Notes under the pieces: model-generated | Databases searched by the model: none | What the model was told of the DNA's origin: nothing | The model's input: only the letters and a program-made list of their open reading frames with translations | Position numbers and translations under genes: made by a program | Source: an uncultured Acidimicrobiia bacterium | Lineage (GTDB): Bacteria > Acidobacteriota > Vicinamibacteria > Vicinamibacterales > UBA2999 | Assembly: GCA_963784445.1 (NCBI GenBank) | Contig: CAWARO010000006.1 | Span: 696,265-760,264, forward strand | DNA length: 64,000 bases | Direction: 5' to 3' | Part shown: positions 51,335 to 60,633 of the stretch, one piece after another | How the letters are laid out: each line of letters opens with the position of its first letter | Position numbering within the stretch: the stretch's first letter is position 1

Positions 51335-51358
51335 ATCCGGCTAAAGCCGGATACTACG
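51335..51358. repeat. REP-like palindromic element, copy c
   Basis: ATCCGGC-TAAA-GCCGGAT-ACTACG. The CTA of the tail is the TAG stop of the DUF1592 gene on the minus strand. Confidence 0.5.
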
Positions 51359-53810
51359 GTACGGCGACGGTCGTTGACTGCTCGGCTCCGCGGCCCATCG
51401 TGAACAGCGGGCTGGTGGCCACTCCCTGCACGAACGACGAGATCTTCAGGTTGCGCTTTTCGGCGTCGCGAATGATGCGGCGCACGGCCCACATGTCATT
51501 CGCATCGATGCGGCGTCCCAGCGCGTAGGTCATCAAGTGCTCGGTGAAGCTGAGGAGGAACGCGTCCTGGTGCTTCAATAATGCCGAGCGCAACCCCACC
51601 GGGCCGCTCATCGGCGTGCCGTCATACAACACGCCGCTCGGATCCACCGGCATGCCGGCGTCCTTGATCCGGTACTTGCCCGTGACGTCGAAATTCTCGA
51701 GCGCCAGGCCTAGCGGATCGATCACGCGATGGCACGACGTGCACTGCGGATTCTTGCGGTGTTCTTCCATGCGCTCGCGCACGGTTAGCACCTTGCCCGC
51801 CATTTCGCCCTTGGTCTCTTCGAGCGTGGGCACGTTCGGCGGCGGCGCGGGCGGCGGCGAGCCCATCATCACTTCCATCACCCACTTGCCGCGCATCACC
51901 GGCGAAGTGCGATCGGCCACCGAGGTCAGCACCAGCACGCTGCCATGGGTGAGGATGCCGCGACGCTCGGCGGGCAGGGTGACGCGGCGATAGGCGTTGC
52001 CGGTGACGTTCGGGATGCCGTAGTGCCGCGCGATGCGCTCGTTGACGAACGAGTAATCCGCGGTGAGCAGATCGAGCAGGCTGCGATCCTCGCGCACGAG
52101 GCTGTCGAAGAACAGCTCGGATTCCTTCTTGAACGCATCGCCGAGCGTGCGATCGAAATACGGATACGCCACCGCGTCGGGCAGCACCGTGTCGACGTCG
52201 CCGAGGCGCAGCCACTGGCGCGCGAACCGCGTTGAGAGCGCCTCGGATCGCGGATCCGCGAGCAAGCGCGCCACCTGTTTGTCATACACACCCGGCGCGC
52301 TCAATCGGCCAGCCGCGGCGAGCTTGGTCAGCTCCGCATCAGGACCAGCGGCCCAGATGAAATACGACAGGCGTGAGGCGAGCTCCATGTCACTGAGCCG
52401 GTAGGACTGACCGGCGCGCAACGTGCCCGGCGTGTTCTCGAGCCGGAACAGGAACTGCGGGCTCGACAGGATCGCTTCAATCGCGCCGCCGATGGCGTAC
52501 TCGAAATCGCCTTCCTTGCGGCCGTCCGTGTAGAACTTCATCAGGCCCTGCAAGTCGCGCTCGCTGACCGGTCCACGGAACGCCTGCGAGGCGAGGTTGC
52601 GGACGATCTTCGACGCGCACGTCGGTTCATCAACCGCCGACGTCGGACGGCACGTGAAGATCTTGCGGCGGCTGGCCGTGTCGGAAATGCCGGTGACGTT
52701 GTAGGGGCCGACGATGCTGAAATCCTTGACGTGGGGCAGCGTGGTGATGCCCACCGCCACGCCGATCTGCGTGTCGGCCAGCGTGTGATCGATCGGCGCG
52801 ATGAGATCGTTGACCGGGCCTTCGAATCGCTGGATGAACGCGGCGGTCACGCGATGCACGCCGGCCTTGATGTGGACCGGCGGCGTCTTCATCGACAACC
52901 CGGTCGTGGTCTCAGCCATGCGCGGGTCGATGCTCATCAAGCCCTTGCGCTCGCCGTCCACGGAAATCTCGACCTGTTCGCCCTGGTTGGGGCCGCCGAA
53001 CAACACGCCGCACGCGTTGCTGTGCAGCTCGACCTTGAAAACGTAATCGCCGTCAGCCGGGAAATTGTGCGGCGTCGACACGCCGCCGCGCGTTCCGAAC
53101 GGCGCACCGTCGACGCGCGAGAGCTGCGACGCCGTTTTCGGAATGCGATAGTTCGTTTCGGTGGCGGGCGCGGCCGGATCGCCAATCGCGAACGCCGTGA
53201 CCCTGGCCGCGGCGCGGAGGTAACTTTCGAGCAGCGTGGCCGAGAACGCCTGCGAGTCGGCGACGTTGTCGAAGCCGTTGCTGATGGTGTCGGCGGGCAG
53301 TAACGACGGCCACATCGACGTCGATGCCGAGCATGTCTTTCACAGCGCGCGCGTAGTCGGCGCGATTGAGCCGCTGGAACGGACGCGAGCCGGGGTTCGG
53401 ATTAATCGCCGCGGCGCGATCGACGCGCGTCTCGAGCGCAATGGCCAGCGCCTTGAGCTGCGCGGCATCCGGCCGGCGCGCGCCCGCGGGCGGCATCATG
53501 CCCGCGCGCAGCTTGCGGATCATCTTTTCGGAACGCTCGAGGTGCTCGGCGGCCTGGGCGGAGTCGAATGAGGCCAGCGACATCTCGCCGGCCTTGGCGC
53601 GATCGTTATGGCAGGTGACGCAGTACCTGCTTCACCAGGGCGTTCTGCTCAGCCTCGCCAAAGACCGGCGCGGCCGGGGCATGCGACACGGCAGGTGCAG
53701 GTTTGGTCGCCGGAGATCCTTGGGCGACCACCGCAGGCTTACCCTGTGCACCTCGCTAGATGCAGTACCGGGATAGCGGCGAGACACACTGCGATCAGGA
53801 GCTGCTTCAT
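51354..53810 (-). pseudogene. DUF1592/DUF1595/DUF1588/DUF1585/DUF1587 multidomain protein with an N-terminal cytochrome c motif, 3 frameshifts (about 53750, 53626 and 53308)
   Basis: Signal peptide MKQLLIAVCLAAIPVL, then YCVTCHNDRAKAGEMSLASFD (CxxCH), MIRKLRAGMMPP, LLPADTISNGFDNVADSQ and C-terminal CTSCHRVIDPLGLALENFD. The four frame segments are colinear. Confidence 0.8.
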
Positions 53811-53902
53811 AGGCGCAAATTCTGTGGCCAGTATAGCCGACTAAGTGCTTCTGTAGCAGAGACATCCGGTGACATTGCGCGTGCCATGCAAGCGGCCCGG
53901 AA

Positions 53903-54418
53903 CTACTTCTTTAGCAACACGTACAGGCCGGGCAGGTACGCCATGGACCAGGCGACGAAATGGCGGAAAACCGAGAAGGTTTCAGGCGGCCAGCCGCGGT
54001 ACAGCTGGAAGAGGACCACGGCAAATCCCAGCGCCGCGGCAATGGAGGTGATGAGGCCGCGCCCGACGGCCTTCGCCACGTCGAGCCGCCCGTCGAGGTA
54101 AGTCTGCAGGGCCGCCAGCATGATCCACAGCAGCAGCCACGAGACCAGCATCATGTTGTAGCCGCCGAGCGGCGCCAGCGCGTAAAACGACAACGCCGCA
54201 ATCACGCCGCTCAGGAGCCCGCCGACCAGGCCGACCGCGAGCTTCCCTTTTCGCCAGCCGAGATACGCGCCGAGCGCGGCAAAGAGCACCGCGCCGTGGA
54301 TCGATCCCGACAACACCTGGTGTTGCGGGATGTCGAGGAACCACACGTAGTCGGCCGCCGTGCTGAGCGTGGCGAGCAGCACGGAACCGATGAGCGCCGG
54401 CGTCAGCACCTGCAGCAT
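53903..54418 (-). CDS. Small membrane protein of unknown function
   Basis: 171 aa with 5 hydrophobic helices. It lies 4 nt downstream of the HpcH-like gene. Confidence 0.5.
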   Translation of the reverse strand: MLQVLTPALIGSVLLATLSTAADYVWFLDIPQHQVLSGSIHGAVLFAALGAYLGWRKGKLAVGLVGGLLSGVIAALSFYALAPLGGYNMMLVSWLLLWIMLAALQTYLDGRLDVAKAVGRGLITSIAAALGFAVVLFQLYRGWPPETFSVFRHFVAWSMAYLPGLYVLLKK

Positions 54419-54422
54419 GTGG

Positions 54423-55220
54423 TTAGCGTCCGGCGGCGGCGCGCCCGATCTTGATCATCTCGTCGGCCTGCGGTCCCTGGCCGAGAATCGCGAGGAAGCC
54501 TTCCTTGATGCGCTGTTCAACGTCCTTGGCATTGGCGGGCAGCATGTTCGCAATCTTGACGCGCTTGGATTCCGCGAGCACCTGCTGCGTGCCCGCTTCC
54601 GCGCCGGCGCGATCGCCGCCAAGGGCCGCGGCGAGACTGCCGATGCCGCACGCAAGGACGCTGAGGCCTTTGAGCTCGGCGATTTCTTTGCGCTGCGTGA
54701 TGGCTTTCGGATCTTCGAGCATCAGCATCGCGAGTTTCGTGCCCTTTGGATTCGACGGCGACCAGACGTTGGCCTTGGCCGCTTCGAAAAAGCTCAACGC
54801 GAGCTTCGCTTCGTCGAGGTCACGAATGTGCGGAATCGTCACGCCGTCCGCGCCGGCGTCAAAGATTTCCTTGACGCGCGCGCGGGTGGCGTCCGCGCCG
54901 TCCTTGCTGATCGGCGGGATGCGTACGATGAGTGTCTTGCGGCTGGTCGCACCCGGGCCGCGTAGTCCCTGTCCATACGCCTTCACGGCGGCGGGATCGT
55001 AGGCGCCTTCGAGATTGAGGAAGACGAAGTCGAGGAGGGGATTCGCCGCCACCTTCGCCGCGCCTTCCGGCGAATACACCGCCGGCGCGCCACGCGGCGC
55101 TTCGCTGGGCGCGTAGACGCCGAAAGCGACCTTGCCTTGCGGCCACAGATCGAGGACCTGCGCGTTCGCGGCGGCCGCGATGAACAGGAGAACAGGAGTC
55201 AAGGAGACGACGCGTTTCAT
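54423..55220 (-). CDS. HpcH/HpaI aldolase/citrate-lyase-like TIM-barrel protein with a Sec signal peptide
   Basis: MKRVVSLTPVLLFIAAAANAQ signal. DFVFLNLEG, LIVRIPP, DAGADGVTIPHIRDLDEA and LMLED follow the HpcH_HpaI pattern. The second metal-binding Asp position reads GIGSL. Confidence 0.55.
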   Translation of the reverse strand: MKRVVSLTPVLLFIAAAANAQVLDLWPQGKVAFGVYAPSEAPRGAPAVYSPEGAAKVAANPLLDFVFLNLEGAYDPAAVKAYGQGLRGPGATSRKTLIVRIPPISKDGADATRARVKEIFDAGADGVTIPHIRDLDEAKLALSFFEAAKANVWSPSNPKGTKLAMLMLEDPKAITQRKEIAELKGLSVLACGIGSLAAALGGDRAGAEAGTQQVLAESKRVKIANMLPANAKDVEQRIKEGFLAILGQGPQADEMIKIGRAAAGR

Positions 55221-55260
55221 GAGCCGTAGATGCTACCGACCGCGTTGCGTCACAAATGCG

Positions 55261-55467
55261 GTCCACAGATTCACGGATTACACGGATGCGAGCGAGCCGC
55301 GGCGGCCGAAGGCCGCCACGAAGAGCGACAGGCGGTTCCGAAAGATCCAAGGGCATCTGGTGGTCTGTCGAGTTCCGGCTGTCTCGCACTCTGCGCTCTA
55401 CAACCGCAACCAGCTCGCTGTCTGGAACCTTGCGGTTGAATCCGCGTAATCTGTGTAATCCGTGGAA
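55261..55467. repeat. MITE-like element or structured operator: about 28-nt imperfect inverted repeats built from CAC[AG]GATTA units, flanking about 150 bp
   Basis: Left arm GTCCACAGATTCACGGATTACACGGATG. Right arm GAATCCGCGTAATCTGTGTAATCCGTGGAAAC, whose reverse complement matches the left arm at about 24 of 29 positions with one gap. Internal hairpins GGCGGCC-gaa-GGCCGCC and CAACCGCAA-N20-TTGCGGTTG. Confidence 0.4.
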
Positions 55468-55489
55468 ACTTTGATTTAAGCTGCGCCGC

Positions 55490-56170
55490 ATGGCGGACAA
55501 CACGACCAAAGGCGTCTCGCGACGCGATTTGCTGAAACGCGCGGGGCTCGCAGGCGCGGCGCTGACGATGCCCGTAACGCCCGCGACACCGGCTGAGTTC
55601 CTGGACCAGGCCAAGCCCGCCGCGGCGACGCCGTCTGCGGCACCGCGGCGCGAACAAGTCGAGAATCTGACCGCCACCGAGATGGACATGCTCGAAGCCA
55701 TCTGCGCGCGGATTATTCCGACGGATGCCAATGGCCCCGGCGCACGGGAAGCGCGCGCGGCGCATTACATCGATCGCGCTCTCGGCGGTGCGCTGTCGGG
55801 GTCGCGCCAGGCTTACACCTCTGGCCTCGCCGCGTTCGACGCGTATTGCCGATCATCGCGGCGCGCGGCGTTTCTCGAACTCTCAACGCGCGATCAGGAT
55901 TCGGTGCTGATCGACGTGGAAACCGGCGCCGCCACCGGGTTCCAGGGCAGCTCCGGCGTGTTCTTTGCGATGGTGCGTACACACACGCTGCAGGGCACAT
56001 TCGGCGATCCGTATTACGGCGGCAACGCCAATTTCGTCGGCTGGGACCTGATTGGGTATCCCGGCGTGCGCACGAACGTGTCGGCAGAGGATCAGCGTCT
56101 TGGCGTAACGCTCACACCGAACCATCGATCGGCCTACGACACTGAGATGTTCACCAAGGCTGTCAGCTGA
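55490..56170 (+). CDS. Gluconate 2-dehydrogenase subunit-3-family protein (Tat signal)
   Basis: SRRDLLKRAGLAGAAL twin-arginine motif and the conserved C-terminal block GTFGDPYYGGNANFVGW. Confidence 0.8.
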   Translation: MADNTTKGVSRRDLLKRAGLAGAALTMPVTPATPAEFLDQAKPAAATPSAAPRREQVENLTATEMDMLEAICARIIPTDANGPGAREARAAHYIDRALGGALSGSRQAYTSGLAAFDAYCRSSRRAAFLELSTRDQDSVLIDVETGAATGFQGSSGVFFAMVRTHTLQGTFGDPYYGGNANFVGWDLIGYPGVRTNVSAEDQRLGVTLTPNHRSAYDTEMFTKAVS

Positions 56171-56197
56171 TCGTGCCAAACCCGGAGGTCAGTCACC

Positions 56198-57901
56198 ATG
56201 GCGACTAGACTCAAAGACACCGACGTCGTCGTGGTGGGCCTGGGCGCAGCAGGTGGCGTGGCCGTGTTGCCGCTCGTGCAGGCGGGCATCAATGTGATCG
56301 GCCTCGAAGCCGGCACGTGGCTCACCAAGCGCGACTTCGCGCCCGACGAGCTCCGCAACAACGTGCGCGACTGGCCGATGGCGGTGCAGAAGGCGCAACA
56401 GGAGGTGCCGACGCACCGCGCCAACGCCAAGGCCAACACCACGCGCGCCGGCAGCCACCCGATGATGAACGCCGTCGGCGGCACCACGCTGCACTACTGG
56501 GCGCAAAGCTGGCGGCTCAATCCGTGGGACTTCAAAGTCGTGTCTGAAACGACGAAGCGCTACGGCGCGTCACGCATCCCCAACGGCTCGACCGTCGAGG
56601 ACTGGCCGTTTGGGCTGGACGAGCTCGAGCCGTATTACGACAAGGTCGAATACGAAACCGGTGTCTCGGGACAAGCGGGCAACATCAAAGGCACGCTCGA
56701 TCGGCGCGGCAACATCTTCGAAGGACCGCGCACGCGCGCCTACCCGATGCCGCCGCTGCGCAGCACCGGCTTCATCGATCTGATGACGTCGGCGGCGCGC
56801 GGCCTCGGCTGGCACCCGTTCCCGGGGCCGGCGTCGATCAACTCGCGTCCGTATCAGAATCGCGGCGCGTGCATGTATCACGGCTTCTGCAACAAGGGCG
56901 GCTGCCACGTCGACGCCAAGAACGGCCCGCATCTCACGACCATCCCGCGCGCGCAGGAAACCGGCCGCCTGAAGGTGGTGACGCGCGCCCACGTGACGTC
57001 GATCGATACCGATGCCAACGGTCGCGTCACCAGCGTCACGTATGTGACCGACGGGCAGGAGTTCATTCAGCCGGCGAAGGTGGTGTTGCTCGCGAGCTAC
57101 ACCTACGAAAACGTCCGGCTGCTGCTGCTCTCGAAGTCCAAGGCGTTTCCGAATGGCCTCTCCAACAACCGCGGACAGGTGGGACGCCACTACTTGAGCC
57201 ACGCGCAAGGCGCGTCGGTGACGGCGCTCTTCCCGTTCAACATCAACGCGTGGTACGGACTGCCCGCGCAAGGCGTGGCGGTAGATAACTTCGCCGACGA
57301 CAATTTCGATCACGGCGCGCTCGATTACATCGGCGGCGGCAACTTGTGGGTGATGTCGGATCGGCGCCCGATTTCGGCCGCGGGCATGGGCACGTTCGGC
57401 CGCACGCCGTCGTGGGGTTCGGAGTGGAAAGCGTTCGTGATGAAGAACGCGGACCGCACCAACACGTCGTATCTCCAGAAAACCACGCTGCCCTACGAAG
57501 ACAACTTCCTCGATCTCGATCCGGTGGTGAAGGATCCGCTGGGCTTCCCGGTGTGCCGCATTACCGCGGACTACAAGGACAACGAGCGCCGCGTCAGCAC
57601 GGCCGCGCAGGAGAAGATGATCGAGTGGTACAAGGCGGCCGGCGCGATTACCACGCAGGCGAATCCGATCGGCACGATGGGCCCGACCACGCATGCGTAT
57701 GGCGGGACGCGAATGGGCCGCAACCGCGACACAAACGTCGTCAATGAGTGGGGGTTCTCGCACGAGGTGCCGAATCTCGGCGTGCTTGGCGCCTCGGTGA
57801 TGGGCACCAGCGGGGCCCGTAACCCGACACTTACGGTGCAGGCCCTCGCCTGGAGAACGGCGGAGTATCTGGCAAAGAACTGGAAGGGTGTGACGTCTTA
57901 G
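56198..57901 (+). CDS. GMC-family FAD oxidoreductase (flavoprotein subunit of a gluconate-2-dehydrogenase-like enzyme)
   Basis: DVVVVGLGAAGG Rossmann motif and the C-terminal GMC block HAYGGTRMG. No signal peptide of its own. Confidence 0.85.
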   Translation: MATRLKDTDVVVVGLGAAGGVAVLPLVQAGINVIGLEAGTWLTKRDFAPDELRNNVRDWPMAVQKAQQEVPTHRANAKANTTRAGSHPMMNAVGGTTLHYWAQSWRLNPWDFKVVSETTKRYGASRIPNGSTVEDWPFGLDELEPYYDKVEYETGVSGQAGNIKGTLDRRGNIFEGPRTRAYPMPPLRSTGFIDLMTSAARGLGWHPFPGPASINSRPYQNRGACMYHGFCNKGGCHVDAKNGPHLTTIPRAQETGRLKVVTRAHVTSIDTDANGRVTSVTYVTDGQEFIQPAKVVLLASYTYENVRLLLLSKSKAFPNGLSNNRGQVGRHYLSHAQGASVTALFPFNINAWYGLPAQGVAVDNFADDNFDHGALDYIGGGNLWVMSDRRPISAAGMGTFGRTPSWGSEWKAFVMKNADRTNTSYLQKTTLPYEDNFLDLDPVVKDPLGFPVCRITADYKDNERRVSTAAQEKMIEWYKAAGAITTQANPIGTMGPTTHAYGGTRMGRNRDTNVVNEWGFSHEVPNLGVLGASVMGTSGARNPTLTVQALAWRTAEYLAKNWKGVTS

Positions 57902-57919
57902 GGATGCAGGGATCGGGGA

Positions 57920-57943
57920 TCGGAGGGATCCCCTCGACTCCGA
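57920..57943. terminator. Hairpin between the convergent GMC and PEBP genes
   Basis: TCGGAG-ggatcccctcga-CTCCGA with an inner GGGATCCC palindrome, followed by TTT. It starts 19 nt after the GMC stop. Confidence 0.35.
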
Positions 57944-57949
57944 TTTCGG

Positions 57950-58510
57950 CTTCCTCTCGTAAATCGCGACGAGCGATCCCTGGCCGATGATGTGGCCCTT
58001 CATCGCTTCCATCAACTGGTTGCGGTTCAGGCCCGGCTCGAGCGGCAACTCCGCGTCGAGCGCATAGACCGTCCATGTGTAGTGATGCGGCTTTCCGGGC
58101 GGCGGCGCCGGACCGCGATAGCCCGCGCGCTTGAAGCCCGACAAGCCCTGGATGGTGCCCGCGATCTCGGGCGGGCCGGTCAGCACGGCCTCCATCGACA
58201 ACTCGGCCGGTAGTCCCTTCGCCGTGCCGGGAATTTTGTAGACCACCCAGTGCACGAACGTCTGAGGAGGAGTGCCAAACGCCACGTCCGGATCGTCGTA
58301 GATCAGCGCAAATTGCTTGGTATTGGCGGGGGCGCCGCTCCAGGTCAACGCCGGCGAGAGGTTCTTGCCGTCGGCGGTGTGGTCAATCGGCACCACCTCA
58401 CCGGCCTTGAGGGTCGGGCTGGTTACGGTAATCGTCGCGGGCGTTTGCGCGGACGCGGCTGAGGCCAGAATAAGGACGAGCACGCCGACGAACAAATTCC
58501 GAATTAGCAT
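57950..58510 (-). CDS. YbhB/YbcL (PEBP/Raf-kinase-inhibitor-like) periplasmic protein; 3' end undefined
   Basis: Signal peptide MLIRNLFVGVLVLILASAASAQ, with NLSPALTWSG, FVHWVVYKIP, PPPGKPHHYTWTVYALD and GSLVAIYERK. The frame has no stop until 56570 (antisense to the GMC gene), so the stop has been lost or shifted. Confidence 0.6.
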
Positions 58511-58515
58511 CGAAT

Positions 58516-58560
58516 AATCCCCCAAGTCGCAAGCCCCAAGTCCCATCCAAGTCACAAGCC
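58516..58560. repeat. CAAG-phased heptamer repeats
   Basis: cccaagt cgcaagc cccaagt cccatc caagtca caagcc: the same type of repeat as at 48150-48180. Confidence 0.35.
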
Positions 58561-58567
58561 GCTTGAG

Positions 58568-58573
58568 TATACT
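58568..58573 (+). promoter_or_regulatory. -10-like hexamer TATACT placed 8 nt from the ATG of PQQ dehydrogenase 1 (a possible leaderless mRNA)
   Basis: The block TATACTTTGCGCCTATGAACCGACC is identical to the one upstream of the paralogue at 60620. No SD sequence is present. Confidence 0.35.
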
Positions 58574-58581
58574 TTGCGCCT

Positions 58582-60570
58582 ATGAACCGACCGATCCGCC
58601 CGGTTGTGATGCTCAGCGTCGTTGCGCTGCTGGTGGGGCTGGCCACCGTCTCGATGCGCGGACAGTGGAAGCCGGGTGTCGGCGAATGGCCGACCTACGG
58701 CGCCGATCTCGCGAGCACGCGTTACTCGCCGCTCGATCAGATCAACGCGAGTAACTTCAACAAACTGCAAATCGCGTTCCGTTTCAAGACCGAGAATCTC
58801 GGGCCGCTGCCCGAGTTCCAGCTGCAAGGTACGCCGTTGATGGTGAACCGCCGCTTGTTCATGACCGCGGGAACGCGGCGTGCGGCCGTGGCTCTCGATG
58901 CGGCGACCGGCGAGATGTTGTGGATGCACAGCATCAACGAAGGCAAACGCGGTGAAGGCGCTCCGCGACGGTTGTCGGGGCGAGGCCTTGCGTACTGGAG
59001 CGACGGCAAGGACGAACGCATCATTTACGTTACACCCGGGTATCAGATGGTGGCCCTCGACGCGAAGACGGGCGACCGCATCGCGACGTTTGGCGCCGGC
59101 GGCATTGTCGATCTGAAGATGAACAACGATCAGACGATCGATGCCGAGAACGGCGAGATCGGACTGCACGCAGCACCGGTAATTGCCGGCAACACCATCA
59201 TCGTCGGCGCGGCGCATATCGAAGGGTCCGCACCAAAACACTATCGCGCGGCGATGGGCTATGTCCGGGCATTCGACGTCCGTACCGGCAAGCGGTTGTG
59301 GATCTTCCACACCGTGCCGCAACCCGGCGAATTCGGCCACGATTCATGGCTGGAGGGTTCGGCGGCCAACACGGGTAACACCGGCGTATGGGCACAGATG
59401 AGCGTCGACGTGGAGCTCAACACCGTGTACATGGGCGTCGAGCTGCCGACGGGCGATTACTACGGGGGGCATCGCCCCGGCAACGGTCTCTTTGGCGAGA
59501 GCATCGTGGCGCTCGATCTCACCACGGGCCGACGCAAGTGGCACTTCCAGACCGTGCATCACGGCATCTGGGATTGGGACATTCCGTGCGCGCCGATCCT
59601 TGTCGACATCGTCGTCGAGGGGAAACCGATCAAGGCCCTGGCCCAGCCGACCAAGCAAGGCTGGGTCTACGTGCTCGATCGCGCCACCGGCGCGCCAGTG
59701 TGGCCGATTGAAGAGCGGCCAGTGCCAGCCGGCGATGTGCCGCGGGAATGGTACTCACCGACGCAGCCCTTCGTGACCAAGCCGCCGCCCTTCGAACGTC
59801 AAGGCGTGAGCGTCGACGATTTGATCGACTTCACGCCTGAGCTGCGAGCCGAAGCCATCAAGGTCGCGTCGCGTTACAAGATGGGGCCCTTGTTCACGCC
59901 GCCGGTGGTGAGCAAATGGGATGGGCCGCTGGCCATGCTCATGCTGCCCAGCAACACGGGCGGGGCGAACTGGCAGGGCGGATCGTTCGACCCTGAAACG
60001 AAGGTGTTCTATATCTTCACCAACACTAGTATCAGCGCGCACGGCCTGGTGCAGGATGCCACGCGATCGCAGATGAACTACATCTCCGGCCGCGCGACCG
60101 ATCCGAATGCCAAGCCAGGCGCAGCGCCCGTCGGCGCGCCCGCGCTGAGCGTGCAGGGACTGCCGCTAGTGAAGCCGCCGTACGGCCGCATCACCGCCCT
60201 CGATCTGAACAAGGGCGAGCTGCTGTGGCAGATCGCGCACGGCGACACACCCGACAACATCCGTAACCACGCCGCGCTCAAAGGCCTCACCATTCCACGC
60301 ACGGGCCGCACCGGCCGGATCGGCGTGCTCACGACCAAGACGTTGGTGATCGCGGGCGAAGGCGGCTTCAACACCACGCCGGATGGGCGTGGCGCGTATT
60401 TGCGGGCGTACGACAAGGCCACCGGCGCCGACGCCGGCCAGGTCTTCATGCCGGCGCCCCAGACCGGTTCACCGATGACTTACATGTTGGACGGCACGCA
60501 GTACATCGCCGTGGCCGCGAGCGGGGCCGGATTTCCTGGCGAGATGGTGGTCTACAAACTGTCGAAGTAG
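58582..60570 (+). CDS. PQQ-dependent dehydrogenase (quinoprotein beta-propeller), copy 1
   Basis: Signal or anchor sequence, then WPTYGADLASTRYSPLDQINASNF, GTPLMVN, repeated W-motifs and GGANWQGGSFDPET. Confidence 0.85.
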   Translation: MNRPIRPVVMLSVVALLVGLATVSMRGQWKPGVGEWPTYGADLASTRYSPLDQINASNFNKLQIAFRFKTENLGPLPEFQLQGTPLMVNRRLFMTAGTRRAAVALDAATGEMLWMHSINEGKRGEGAPRRLSGRGLAYWSDGKDERIIYVTPGYQMVALDAKTGDRIATFGAGGIVDLKMNNDQTIDAENGEIGLHAAPVIAGNTIIVGAAHIEGSAPKHYRAAMGYVRAFDVRTGKRLWIFHTVPQPGEFGHDSWLEGSAANTGNTGVWAQMSVDVELNTVYMGVELPTGDYYGGHRPGNGLFGESIVALDLTTGRRKWHFQTVHHGIWDWDIPCAPILVDIVVEGKPIKALAQPTKQGWVYVLDRATGAPVWPIEERPVPAGDVPREWYSPTQPFVTKPPPFERQGVSVDDLIDFTPELRAEAIKVASRYKMGPLFTPPVVSKWDGPLAMLMLPSNTGGANWQGGSFDPETKVFYIFTNTSISAHGLVQDATRSQMNYISGRATDPNAKPGAAPVGAPALSVQGLPLVKPPYGRITALDLNKGELLWQIAHGDTPDNIRNHAALKGLTIPRTGRTGRIGVLTTKTLVIAGEGGFNTTPDGRGAYLRAYDKATGADAGQVFMPAPQTGSPMTYMLDGTQYIAVAASGAGFPGEMVVYKLSK

Positions 60571-60619
60571 GGCAGGCCGAACGACGCGCACGACGATCCG
60601 CTGCGAGGCGGAACGCGAT

Positions 60620-60625
60620 TATACT
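60620..60625 (+). promoter_or_regulatory. -10-like hexamer TATACT placed 8 nt from the ATG of PQQ dehydrogenase 2
   Basis: Same 25-nt block as at 58568. Confidence 0.35.
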
Positions 60626-60633
60626 TTGCGCCT

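Noticed and set aside
53815-53830. The sigma-54-like motif TGGCCAC-agaat-TTGC upstream of the DUF1592 gene.
   Set aside because: The GG-to-GC spacing is one nt too long, and the -12 element ends 5 nt from the ATG at 53810, so it cannot drive that start. It would become a perfect TGGCAC motif only if one C is a sequencing error.
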